A program made the translations under genes and the position numbers. Below the pieces are notes generated by a model that was not told the origin of the DNA, did not search any database, and saw only the letters and a program-made list of their open reading frames with translations. A DNA stretch of 64,000 nucleotides from Eledone cirrhosa (Eukaryota): the NCBI GenBank assembly GCA_964016885.1, contig OZ024741.1, forward strand, positions 309,628,001 through 309,692,000, read 5' to 3'. Positions 12,274 to 25,033 of the stretch are shown in pieces. Each line of letters starts with the position of its first letter. Position 1 is the first letter of the stretch.

Positions 12274-15200
12274 TTTTTTTTCTAAGGCGGGTAAAATTCC
12301 TGAGATCCATGGACGAGTTCTCTCCAGCGGTCTCTGTCCCTCATTATCGCTGCCATGTCCTGCGTCTCCAACAGACCAGTGTCTGTCCTTAGGGCATCAA
12401 CATACGTTAACCTTGGTCTTCCTCTTCTAGTGTGTCCATGTAGGGGCTCCTAAAGGAGCACTGAGTGCAATGTCAACTCTGGATGTCAGTGAGCATGTCC
12501 AGCTAACCTCAGTCTCCTCTGTGTCACTTTTGAGCTGACTTTTGGGATGCTCCCATACAGCTCTGAGTTTTTCATCCTCAGTGTATACTGATTAATGTTC
12601 AGAGCCATCCTCAGCATTCTCGTGTAGCACCCATCCACTATCTGAGTGAGTTTCTTGGTCAGTGTCCAAGTTTCAAACCCATACAGCAGCACAGACTCCA
12701 CTACAGCAATGCAGAGGCGGACTTTCAGGTCTCTACGAAGGTCCGACTTCCACACCGATCTCAAGCTGTGGCACGCCGCCCAGGCCTTGCTCTTCCTCTC
12801 AACCACATCATCTTCCATATTCCCAATCTTTGCTCCCAAATACAGGAAGCCCTCAACCAATTCTAGCGGCTTCCCGCCTACATTAGTGATCCCCTCTGGC
12901 TTCTCAACATTCTCTACCAGATATTTTGTTTTAGTCTCATTCATTCTCAGCCCCACACTCATCGACACAGTCTCAACCTCCCGCATCAAATCCTCTGCCT
13001 CCTTCACTGTATTTGTCACTAAAACTATGTCGTCGGCAAATTCAGCATCCGATACCTTTTTCGCCCTAACTCTCCTGCCCTGAGCCGGTGCTACAGTAAA
13101 GCCAGAGTCCTGGTGTTTCTCCAGTGCAAGGCGCATACAATAGTCCACTACGATAATAAAAAGGTAGGGAGCCAATGTATCTCCCTGGAGCACTCCAGCC
13201 AGTATCTCAAAGAACTCTGTCATCCCATCAGGTGTAATGACTTGGGCTTTGGTGTTGGTGTAGAGCAGTGATATCAGGTCCACTATCTTCTTGGGGATTC
13301 CATAAGCCTGTAAGATATTCATCAGGCAGTAACGGTCCACAGAATCAAAGGCCTTCCTAAAGTCAATGAAAACCATGACCGCAGGAAGGCACTTTGCTCT
13401 AGCTCCCTCTAATATCCTCCTCAGCATCAGGATGTGACTGGTGGTCGATCTACCCTCTCTGAAGCCGTTCTGGTTGTCCCTGAGCTTCTTCTCCATTTCA
13501 GGCTGGATCCTGTTAAGAATCATCCTGTTGAGGGTCTTTGCCACAAGTGACATCAGTGAGATCCCCCTGTAGTTGTTGGTGTTAGAGAGATCTCCCTTCT
13601 TTGGCACTGGGACGATGTTACTGATCCTCCACTGATTCGGGGCAACTCCCTTCTCCAGTGCCCCGTTACAGAACCCCAGGATGATATCATCAAAATCACA
13701 CCTCTTCATCACCTCTGATGCCACTCCATCTTCTCCATGAGCCTTGCCCTCCTTGATCCTCTTCTTGGCTCTCTGAAGCTCCTCTCTGGTGAAGGGCTCT
13801 GTCTCAACATCCAGTTCCTCACACAGCCGCCTGATCTCCCCAGTGCTGGGTATGACATTAAACTACATCCAGTGGCAAGGCTCCAGTTCGGGAGTTCAGG
13901 AGTTGTGGGGAATGTGGAGTTACCCCTTAGTTGTCATGACTCCCAGGTCTGCCCTGGCCCGGGGTGGTAGTACCTGTTAGGGCTCCATTTATGGGTTAAA
14001 TAACTACCTTATTCGAGTGGCGCCGGTAAGGTATTGTCAGCCATTGAAAAGAAATATGGAGAGTTGATCTAACAGCACTAGGGTTAGAGCCCCTAATTAC
14101 ACTATCAAGGAGCAGCCTGGTCGTTATGACTCTGCTGGCTTAGAGCCACAGAGAGGGCCAGTGGATGATGGATCAGCTATCTCTGAGACAAATATAAAGA
14201 ATGCAGTTTTGTCCTGCAGAAGAGCCATCAAAATGGGCACTCTGAATGTGAGGACTATTCGAACGCTGGAGAAGAGAGAGGAGTTGGGACATCTGTTCGA
14301 GGAGAGTGGTATACAGATACTTGCGATCCAAGAACACAGGATCCTACACGATGAGCCCGTGAGGAGTGTGATGATCGGGAAGAGGAGCCAGCTCATCACT
14401 ACATCGGCAGTGAAGAACACAAATGCTGCAGTAGGAGGAGTGGGTTTTGTGTTCAGTGCAAAAACCAATCTGTTGGTGAGGGAAATAATGCCTATCTCCC
14501 CGCGAGTGTTGAGGGTGACCTTCAATGGAAACCCAAGACTGACAGTCATCTCAGCCTATAGTCCAACCGAGGGAGACAGTGATGTGAGTGCGGAAGAGTT
14601 CCATGAGGAGGTGTGTAGAGCTGTCAACACTACTCAGGCACACAATATCCTGCTTGTTTTGGGGGACTTCAATGCACATCTGAGTAAGGAGGGCAGTGAA
14701 GATCCTTGCTGGTACTTCCATAACAACACCAACCGAAATGGAAGACTACTGAGAGACACCCTGCTGGAGGCGAACTTGATGGTGACCAACCTAAGGTTTA
14801 GGAAAAATCTAGGGAAGATGTGGACCTACATCTCAGATATGCACCTGTTCAAGTCCCAGATTGATTTCATTCTGGTAAGGAAAAAGTGGCGGAATAGTGT
14901 TCTGAACACAGAACCATACAACTATTTCAGTACACTGGGTAGTGACCACCGGCTTGTTATGAGTGAGGTCCGGGTGAGCTTAAGAAAGAGCAAGGCTCAG
15001 CCCCAGAGAGCAATCTATGACTGGGGAGCTTTCAAGGAAGATGATAAGCTACAGGAGAGGTTCACAGTGGAAGTGAGAAACAGGTTTAGTGCTCTGTGTG
15101 GAGAGTCAGAGGAGAGGGAGATTGGATGGACTGAGGAGAGTGTGACGAGGAGGTACGGGCACTTCACCAATGCAGTGGCGGAAGCAAGTGAAACCCTGGT

Positions 15201-15581
15201 GCCGAGGAAAAAGAAAAAAGGGAAGTACGTCAGCTCTGCAAACCCAAAAGTGTGTGCAGCCAGAGAACACCTGAAAGCTGCCAAGGACCAATTCTATGCT
15301 GATCCTACGGAGGAGAGGATGGAGACTGTGGAGGTGATGAGGGAAGAGCTCTGTACCGCTTACACTGAGGTCAGAGAGGAGGCACTGATAGAGAAGATCA
15401 GAAGTGTGGAGAGAGCGGTTGACAGATCTGGATGTAAGGAGAGCTGGATGATCATCAACGAGATCACAGGGAGGAAGAGAAGGTGTTCGAGTCAGATCCA
15501 GGGAACGGGGCCCGAGGATAGGAAGAGGAAATGGCTAGACCATTTTAGGACCTTACTAGGAGAGCCCCCCCCCCACAGCCC
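12274..15581 (-). mobile_element. RTE-clade LINE with inverted 5' half
   Basis: RT on the - strand (12486-13850: QNGFREGRS, FIDFRKAFD, QGDTLAP, FADD); 5' UTR + APE endonuclease on the + strand (13850-15581: GTLNVRT, IQEH, LGDFNAH, SDH); poly(T) at 12274; TSD AGTAATCTAT at 12265 and 15582. Confidence 0.9.
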
Positions 15582-16084
15582 AGTAATCTATGATACATTA
15601 AAAAAAGACGATATTATATATAAACTGCATTACGGTGAAATGTAATGAAACTTTATATAACGATGCAAATATATGGATGTTTATATAAGCAATGTAATAA
15701 GTGTTATGATATAACGGACGCTAACCGGAAGTGTAGACATTTGAAAATTTTAAAAGAAGTGAATCTTAAAATAAGCAATACTTTATATATAAGAATATTT
15801 ATGTTTAATCAACAGCTACGAAATTTAGTAGATAAATTATGTAATATTCATTCATTATTTATTCAAAGTAATCCAACTTATTTTACTAACGGGGTAAAAA
15901 AATATATTCTGGACGCAGTCCCGCACTCCTTTCTTTATTATAGTTTAGATTTCTATTGCATATCATCACTGCATTACTGAGCACAGTTCTGTATACCTTC
16001 AGTATATGCAGTATTGTTTTTCATGTTGTTATTTCTATTGTATTAAGAGTACTCTTTGTAATATGTATGCAATGACTAGTAGTG

Positions 16085-16570
16085 CTATTTTCTGTGTTGT
16101 ATATATTTGTAACTCCGAGAGTTTTGGTTATCTGCCAGTATTATAGGATTTGTTTCTGTTTTCATCATCCACATTTGAGTTATTTCTATCTCTAGATCTT
16201 TATTTCTCCATTCACTTGATAGATATATTATCACTTGCAGGTATTGATACACCAATTGTTTTTGTTGTTGTTGTTGGTTTGTACAATAAATATAATGATT
16301 ACTGGGTCGTCTACTGCCTGTCAAGTCTCAACAATGACCTTAGATACACAGCAGTTTTCTAGGTATGTGTGCAGTACCTAACAAGGCAGTCTTTTGTTGG
16401 AGAGCAATTTGTGTTCCATAGTCTATTGACTCAGGATATCCTTTCAGTTTTAGTGGTATCGAGCCCAAAGCTCCTATGAAATCAGAAATTATCTTGAAGT
16501 TGTTAGGTGATGTTGACCACATTTGCGCAATTTCAATCTTCAAGCCTGTATATTTTGCTGTTTTTTAGAA
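16085..16570 (-). pseudogene. Degenerate R4/Dong-type LINE 3' fragments (RLE C-terminus)
   Basis: LKIEIAQMW..IGALGSIP..QKTALLGTAHIPRK, plus a second DLEIEITQMW fragment. Confidence 0.7.
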
Positions 16571-17524
16571 AAAAACATACACAAAAATAATGATGTATTC
16601 ACTTTTCATTTATTTTGTAGTGTGAAAAGTTTTGTTGCATTCTCTATAACCTAGTCATCATCATGACTGTTTAATGTCCATTTTACATGCTAGCGTGGGT
16701 TAGACGAGCTGTGCCGTGAGACAAGCCACATCAGATGACCATATCTTGCTCATACAAAACTGATTTTAGCTTGGTTTCTACGACTGGATTCCCTTCCTAA
16801 TGCCAGCCACATTTACAGTGTGTACTGGGTGCCTTTTGTCATGACACAATTCCACTGCAATTCAGTAATCAAGTTGCAGTGAAATCTTATCAAAATATCT
16901 ACTAATTCTACCCTAGACAGCTACTATGTTTGTTGACCTCCTGAGGTGAAATGTAAAGTTGACCTTGGCAGAATTTGATCTCAGAATACAAAGAACAATA
17001 TATGCTGCAATGTATTTTGTCTGATGCTCCTAATAATTTTCCACTTTAGAAGGAAATGTTATCATCATCATTACATCCACTTTCCATACTGGCATGGACA
17101 AATCATCATGGTCTGAGACTTGATGGGTCAGAACGACCAATCTTGTTCATTATCTATATACATAAATGGCAATTTCTGTCTGTTTGTGTGTGTGTGTTTG
17201 TTTGTGGATTTGTTTGTGAACCTAAAACTCAAAAACTACCAAACCGATCTTGATGAAACTTGACACGTGTGTGGGGCTCATGCCCATTTGATTTCTTACA
17301 TACTTTAAAGTTTTAAAAAATCAATAATTTCCAGTCTGCATCGATTTTTTTTAAATGAATAGGAAATTTGTATGCAAATACTCATATTTTCTGCCATAAC
17401 TTTTAAAGCTCTCAACCGATTTCCTTCAAACTTGAAACACAGATAGATTATGTGCTAAGGATGGCTTTTGGCTAAAGAAAATTATCCAGACCACTCGAGC
17501 AAAGCGTAAGCTGATTTTTGATTA

Positions 17525-19026
17525 ACTGAAGGGGATGCTCTGGAGAGGAGCAATTATAGGGGTATAAAACTGAGGGATCAGGTTATGAAAGTGGCAGAAA
17601 GGATATTAGCACAACTAATTAGAGAAAGGCTCAAACTAGATGAGATGCAGTTTGGTTTTGTGCCTGGGAGGAGTACAACAGATGCCCTCTTCTTGGTGAG
17701 ACAATTGCAAGAGAGGTTCTTAGAGAAAAATAAGCCACTGTACTTAGCCTTTATTGACCTAGAGAAGGTCTTTGATAGGGTACCCCGATCTGTCATCTGG
17801 TGGTCCCTAAGGAAGCTAGGTGTTGAGGAATGGCTTGTGAGGACAGTGCAAACTTTGTACAGAGGTACTCTCAGTAAAGTCAGGGTAGGAATGGAGTTTA
17901 GTGAGGAATTCCAGATACAAGTAGGAGTACATCAGGGTTCGGTCCTTAGCCCGCTCTTGTTCATTATAGTCCTCCAAGCCATAACAGAGGAGTTTAAGAC
18001 TGGCTGTCCATGGGAACTTCTCTATGCTGACGATCTGGTTCTTATAGCAGAATCAGTAGAGGAGCTAGAGAATAAATTCTGGCTATGGAAACAGCAGTTG
18101 GAAGCAAGAGGACTGAGAGTGAACCTAGCTAAGACAAAAGTGTTGATGAGTAGAAAAGAGGACAAAACTCTGATTCCGTCAGGGAAATGGCCATGTTCGA
18201 TATGCAGAAAAGGAACTGGCATAAATTCTATAAAATGCACACAATGCAGATTCTGGGTACACAAGAGATGTAGTGGGATAGCAGGCAAACTAACAGGTAG
18301 GGAGAAATATGTATGCAGTAGATGTACAGGGAAATTAGACAGTAGAAGTCGCATTGATAGACACATTTTTCAAATGCAGGAGGGCGCTATAGAAGTGGTG
18401 GATAGCTTCCGGTACCTAGGAGATCAGATTAGCATGGGAGGAGGGTGTTCCGAGGCCATAGTATCTAGAATAAGGACGGGTTGGAAGAAGTTTAGGGAGC
18501 TGCTTCCTCTGTTGACGAAGAAGGGTTTCTCCCTGCGTACGAAAGGCCGGTTGTATGATGCCTGTGTGAGGAGCGCGATGCTGCATGGTAGTGAGACATG
18601 ACGAACTGCAGAGGATATGCGACGGCTGGAGAGAAATGAGGCAAGCATGCTCCGTTGGATGTGCAGTGTAAATGTGCGTGAACGACCCAGCATAAATGTG
18701 TTGAGAAAGAAACTGTGTCTGAGAGGGATATTATGTAGTGTACGGGAGAGGAGACTGAGGTGGTATGGACATGTGATGCGCATGGAGGATGACCGATGGG
18801 TGAAGAAGTGCCAGGAAATGCCAGTTGAAGGAAGACGTGGTAGAGGTAGACCACGAAAAACATGGGCGGAGGTGGTGAGAACAGACCTCAGATCATTGAA
18901 GCTCACGGTGGAGATGACGAAGGACCGTGACGAGTGGAGAGATGCTGTGCTGAATAAGATCCATCCCACCCTTGCAAGCAGGGAAAAGCGGACGTAAAAT
19001 GATGATGATGATGATGATGATGATGA
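17525..19026 (+). mobile_element. 5'-truncated RTE-clade LINE (RT with Cys-rich finger insert), (TGA)n tail
   Basis: QFGFVPGRSTTDA, HQGSVLSP, YADD, CSIC..CTQC..H..C..CSRC and RLRWYGHV; ends CGTAAAAT(GAT)n. Confidence 0.92.
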
Positions 19027-19389
19027 GCGAAATTTGGCTTTAGCTGTTGTGGGCTTAAATGTTCTCCGTAAATCAGCTTAATATTCTCTGCTTGCTGTAA
19101 CATTTATTTTCTCACCACCTGCAACAAAGATTATCGATTCTAAGGTTTGCACCGTTGCTTGCTGAAAATAATCAATAGTTCATTCTCATTCTAAGTGTTG
19201 ACCAACAGTTTGCCGCCTTTCTAATTCAGCAGTTATTGTAAGTCTTCAGTTTCTCTTGGAAAAAAATGTTCATCCTATCCCAAGGTTCTATTTTTTTCCT
19301 TATAGCAACACTCAACTTCTCTGACAAACATTTTTTTGCCTGACCAATGCAATCAACAATATTTGTTTGTAGTATTATTGTTTCATAAA

Positions 19390-19575
19390 GGGTGGTGAAT
19401 TGGCAGTATCAGTAGAGGGGCGGACGCCATGCTTTCCAGCATAGTTACGTCCCTTTACGATCTGAGTTCAAATCCCACCGAGGTTGACTTTGCCTTTCAT
19501 CCTTACGGGGTCGATAAAATAAAGTACCAGTAATGCACTGGGTAATTGCTGGCCTTGTGCCTAAAGTAGAAACAA
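19390..19575 (+). mobile_element. Full-length SINE family A with 15-bp TSD
   Basis: A-box-like TGGCAGTATCAG and B box GAGTTCAAATCC; TSD TTATTGTTTCATAAA at 19375 and 19576. Confidence 0.9.
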
Positions 19576-20022
19576 TTATTGTTTCATAAATGATTATCTG
19601 TCCTATATTTTTATTTCATTTTTGGTCTGAGAGGCATTGGGCATTTTAATGGGAACTGGGAATACCCCCCCCCCCCCCGCACCCGGGTATTACCGGGTAC
19701 CTCAGCTAGTTTTCTATATTTGGCATGGTTTCTATGCCCAAATGCTCTTCTGAATGCCAACTCCTTACATGAAGAACAGAGTGTACTGGATACAATTTAT
19801 CAGGGTACTAGCACAACCAGAGTGTACAAGGTACATTTTATCATGTAGCCAGCACAACCACTTTACAGACAAACAACATTTACTCATTCTTTTTTCACTC
19901 TCAGATGAATGGAATGGCTCAGAATGTTAGTTTTTCCACTCCTTGTTGTAAATAAACATATCAAACTCTCTTGTGGACTAATTAGATTTTGAATATTACC
20001 TGAATTATTTTCTCTATTATAG

Positions 20023-20193
20023 GATATCCTTCATGACTTATTTGTATATCCTGAAGGCCCTCGACTTCGAGACAGAGTCAGCCATGGAGAAGTAGACTTG
20101 GATAATTTCCCAGAAACATTAGCATCAACATTGTTGCAACTTGCTCTCAACCTAGCTTACAAATTCCTACCAAAAGACAAACATTTCCAGAAG
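20023..20193 (+). CDS. ERMARD: ERMARD-like exon with HEPN RxxxxH motif ([30 protein letters not shown]...HFQK)
   Basis: attatag acceptor and AAG|GTAGAA donor; 171 bp open; strong match to vertebrate EGPRIRDHLSHGEINL (from memory). Confidence 0.92.
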
Positions 20194-20457
20194 GTAGAAA
20201 CCATTTCATTTGACTACACATGACACTAAATTTTTTATCTTTATTTTTTTATCCTTATAAACCTTTCTGTGTAAATCATATCATCATGTAGATCACACTG
20301 TAGTATCTATTTGTAACTAAATGGACTAGGAAGACCACAGTTGTTAAATGTGGTTCAATCAACTACCAATGACAGCTCAGAATTTATTAGAGTAGATTAA
20401 GAATGCTTAATGTAAAAAAAATTTTTTTTTTTTTCAATATTTTTTCATTGATTTCAG

Positions 20458-20538
20458 CCAGAGACAGACTTAACTAAATATTTCTTGGTAACAGACTATG
20501 TATCACAATTCCATCCAATCAACATCGCTAAATGCAAG
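20458..20538 (+). CDS. ERMARD: ERMARD-like exon (PETDLTKYFLVTDYVSQFHPINIAKCK)
   Basis: tttcag acceptor and AAG|GTAAGC donor; 81 bp; YxSxxHP motif. Confidence 0.87.
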
Positions 20539-20819
20539 GTAAGCTACTCATTCAGCTCATGAATCAACAATATCATCTTTGTCATGTAGATTGACCCACA
20601 TAGTTAACTGGTATTTATTTTATCAACTGCTAGATAGATAGAAGGGGAGTGGAAGAACAAGGTCAACTATGACAAGATTTGCATTCAAAATATAAAGTAT
20701 TATGACTAAAAACCACAAGACATTTTCCATGCCAATCTACTAAATGCACCCAATGATCAGATTTAGATGTTAAAGAGAGTCAGGTGTTTAAGTGTGTGTG
20801 TATGTATGTATATATATCA

Positions 20820-21300
20820 TCTTTGCGACCACAGTTGAACATTCCTGACAAAGTCTCTCCACAATTCACAATTTTCCATTGCTCCCTATTGAGGTTTGTA
20901 TCACCTGAGAGTTGTCCGATGAATGTTTAAGCAGGTCTTCTTCTACTGCATCTCCTGTGATTTGGCTCCCACAATAGTAACTTGTGTATAACTTCCTGCT
21001 TACTTCTCCAACAATTTCCTGTAAATCGTAACCATCTGTGAACAATTGCAGTTGTTATCTTGGGCAAGTTTCCTTATAAACTTTTATTTGTAATTTGTTG
21101 ATGCTAGTTTGTTTTGTACAACCCTAAGCATATTAATGTATGCACTATCTAGTTTCTTCTCAAGTGCTTGTGTTAAGGCCGATGTACCAGATCCATACAA
21201 CAATACTGACGCAACAGATGCTCTGAAGATTGATATTTTGAATTTGTTGGGTAAATCTGACTTCCATAACCTTGCCATTTTATACATTTCAGCCTAGACC
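20820..21300 (-). pseudogene. Degenerate RTE LINE 3' fragment
   Basis: LWKSDLP..KISIFRASVASVLLYGS..KKLDSAY. Confidence 0.7.
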
Positions 21301-21329
21301 TTTTTAGTATATATATAATAATAATAATA

Positions 21330-23543
21330 CTATTTATAGTTATGTATATAGTATAAACAACTATAAACAGGAAGGTCAGTAATTTCTTAATTACCTTATT
21401 ACCAGTAAGAGAAGTAGCTCAATGTATGAACATCAATTGTTTTACAGAGCAGTTAAATAAATAAATTATACAATTATCAAAGTTGTGTTCAAATCATTTA
21501 ATAGCTGACAATCGTTTCTTCCAAACTCTCGTTTGGAGTCATCGGAGCATTATCAATGTTTGCACATATAATTACCCTCCTATTCAACTGAACAATAATA
21601 TAGATACATATAAATTGATGTTGTGAGCAACAGTTTCGTATTTACAGGGTGGAATGGATGTGACATATTTTACGAGAATTGTACAATAATTGTACAAACA
21701 TTCAAGTTCAAATTAAAATTAAAATTAAAATCAAAAGCACGCAGTGGATTACATGCAACAGTTAAAACAAGGGAATAATCAAAATATTAAAGAGGCATTG
21801 AGGAAGCAGTTTTGAGAAAGGAAGAGTGCAATAACAAATCATAAGCAGGTGTGTGGATAGTGTGACTGCGTAAGTCATATACATGAGAAGGAGACAAGCA
21901 AAGCTATTATGCATATATAGATGAATAAATACTGCAGTTGAAGCAAAAATGTTAATGTATTAAAGTCTATGGTGGATGTTGAATGTTGATGGTGTATAAT
22001 TTGTATAATTTATTTATTTATATAAATATATATAGTAATAATAATAAATTTGAAGACTAAAATCCAAAGAGGGCTCGATAAGGATAAATATATATCAAAT
22101 ATATAAGAACCGTAGAGCAAATATTTATTAAAATAACAGATTAAAGTTTAAGCAAAGAATCACTGCTTTCACCCTTAACGGGATATTCTGAAACTAACAA
22201 AGTCAATCTGTAAACGCAGAAGTGGATATTTCAAAAAACGTTACAACCGGAGGAAGACAGGAAGACGATACTTTGGTTCGTGGAAATGTTCCCTGGCAAA
22301 GAACGGGAAAAAACGAATATAATACGTCATTAATAGGAGCGGTGAAAAACAATTACATGCAAAGACAGAACCGCGTTTATGGTATAAAAGAAGTTGTAGA
22401 CTAATGTTCTCTTAGATGGTTCATAGAGACGTTCTCTAGCAATGAACGGAAAAAACGAAGATAATATGTCATATGTGGAGCATGGAGAACAATTGCACAC
22501 AAAGACAAAACCACGTAAATGGTATAGCAGAAGTCGTAGACTAAAATTCTAACTAGGAGACCGAATGATTCTCCGCTTCAGAGTTAAGAATAAAGTAAAT
22601 AAAATACAATACAGAAGTAATTGATATTAAATATATACATACACGCATCCAAATACGTACATACACAAGCATACGTGAAAACACTCGCCATAGGTATACA
22701 AAACCACGCACATATAAATGTGTGTGTGTGTGTGTGTATACAAATAAATAAGTAATTAAATAAACGTATATAAATAAACAAATACGTATATAACAAGTGC
22801 ACACACATACCTGCATGGAAATACACAAATGTTCAGAGACGTACGTCAACCAAAACATGAAGTACACATATACACACACCCAACATACGTACGAACCCGC
22901 ATATTCACACAGACGCAAAACTCCTGTATACACATAACCAAAAGCATATGTACCAGAATATATAAAAATATACGCTATAACATATACAATCAAATATACG
23001 TACGAGAAAGTATACGTACCTTCACAAAAATACAGGTAATATATACTTACCTATGCAAATAAGTAATGGTATAAACATAACATATACTTAGCTACCACAT
23101 CAAGACGTAAAATATCCACGTATAGATCGTACTATCCATTAGGGTATAATGTGGGGCTGTAATACAGGAAAGTTTTGTGCAATTTATGTTTACAAGCCGA
23201 AATTGCCTCAGATTTTTTGTTTAAGATGTGGTCTGTGGCGTAGAGTATTTCCAGGGCCTCAGCGGCGCAGAGGTCACATAGTCTTTTATTTCCGTTATAC
23301 GATCTAGCCCTAGCTAGGATCTCCCAGTGTAACTTATATTGGGTGTGGTTGTCTTTTAGATTCCAGATATAAGCTGAAAGTGACGTCATATTCCTTCTTA
23401 GAGGGTAACAAAAAGAATGGGTATGCATGTAAAGACGCTGCTTGAATCTATTGGCGGTTAACCCTATGTAGGCCCTAAGATCCCGTTAAGGGTGAAAGCA
23501 GCGATTCTTTGCTTAAACTTCAATCTGTTATTTTAATAAATAT
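21330..23543 (-). mobile_element. 5'-truncated Penelope element: GIY-YIG C-half plus long 3' UTR and short inverted repeat
   Basis: AYIGLTANRFKQRLYMH..LSAYIWNLK..CDLCAAEALEI (23132-23475); inverted repeat 22121-22184 / 23480-23543. Whether 21330-22120 belongs to the same copy is uncertain. Confidence 0.75.
21503..21549 (-). ncRNA. Minimal hammerhead ribozyme variant (CCGATGA core)
   Basis: tgct-CCGATGA-c-TCCAAAC-gaga-GTTTGGA-a-GAAAC-gatt-GTC-agct. Confidence 0.7.
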
Positions 23544-23711
23544 ATATATATATATATCATCATCATCGTCGTCCATTTTCCATGCTAGCATGGGTTAGAC
23601 GGGTCCTATTTTGAGGCAAGTTGTGTTGGGTGAACATGTCTCTCTCATATAGCGGTGTTCTGGCTGGTTTTCTACGACTGGATGCCCTACCTAATGCCAA
23701 CCATATTTACA

Positions 23712-23742
<31 letters not shown>

Positions 23743-24516
23743 CACAAACATACACTAAAGTGATTGGTGATAACCATTGCTAGTTTTCCAAACAAAGAGT
23801 CAGAAGGACTCTTCAGTTCAGTCAAAGTCATGAGAACCTCTCTAGAGCTAGTGCCACTATAAAGTGCTCTTGGTAGAGTGCAAGATCATATCATTCAAAT
23901 GGTGGTGGGCATTTGACAAAACATAAGCTATCCTGCAGTTATGTGGGCAGCGAGTATGTATATATTTATATTTGAAATGTGTGCAGCCCAACAGAAATGA
24001 CCATAATAATAATATATCACTTGCAAGCAGGGAAAAGCGGACATAAAATGATGATGAAAATTATAAATAATAGTTTAGAAAATTGGGTAAAGTACTGGGC
24101 ATAACCGCAAAGTCAGAAATATTTGGTGAGGGGTGAGCTGATTAAATCGACCTAGTGCTTGATTGATCCTTTATTTTATTAACCCTAAAAGTATGAAAGG
24201 CAAATATGACCTTGGTGGGATTTAAACTCAGAACATATAAAACCATAACTAAAACTAAATGCTGCACAAAGCATTTTGTCTAACTCTCTAACAATTCTGC
24301 CAAACCACTGCCCTATAGACACAAGGCCAAATATATTGTAATTAGCAAACAAAATTGAAATTGTAACTTAACCCAATCAAATAGATCACTGCAAATATGA
24401 TCCACACAATACATATACATTTACCTACTTTCCCAATTCTATCCATCCATCCATATATTTACCAATCAATCTGACCATCCATCCATCTGTCTTTCCTTTT
24501 TTCTTTTCTTTGCCAG

Positions 24517-24590
24517 GTAGCAGAAACATTTTCACTTACATTCCATCTACAGGAAGCAAACCAACATTTGCACAATTTGATGATGAAATG
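24517..24590 (+). CDS. ERMARD: ERMARD-like exon (VAETFSLTFHLQEANQHLHNLMMK)
   Basis: Long pyrimidine tract + ccag acceptor and TG|GTAAAG donor; phase 0/2 fits the neighbouring exons; sequence conservation is low. Confidence 0.6.
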
Positions 24591-24937
24591 GTAAAGAATG
24601 CCCATTTCTGCTACTTTCAAATAACTTTTACAGTACTTCTAATAGAGACATATATGCACCATCATCATCATCATCATCATAATCACCATTTAACATCTAT
24701 TTTCCATGTTTGCATGACAGGCTGTCATATACTGAGGCTAGACTGGTCAGGTGAACATGTCCTGCTCGTATTCTCTGTTTTGGCTTGGTTTCTATGGCTG
24801 AATATCCTTCGTAATACCAACCACTTCAGAGTATGTACTTGGAACATTTTATCATGATTCCAGCACTACTACTTTACAGGATGGACTAGGTCCTTTTCAT
24901 CATGGCACATGCACTACCACATTATATAGTGGACTTG

Positions 24938-24994
<57 letters not shown>

Positions 24995-25033
24995 AAATAT
25001 AAAACAATCAAATTTTTGCTTAATACATTTAAT

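Larger units (their letters stand above)
17153..19709 (+). mobile_element. Non-autonomous Helitron carrying nested LINE and SINE insertions
   Basis: 5' A|TCTATATACATAAATG followed by a GTTT/GTGT microsatellite; 3' hairpin ACCCGG-gtatta-CCGGGT then CTAG|T; no TSD. Confidence 0.75.

Noticed and set aside
19905-19955. Candidate exon after ctctcag (MNGMAQN...)
   Set aside because: It has an early stop and no ERMARD similarity, and the flanking exons already join in phase.
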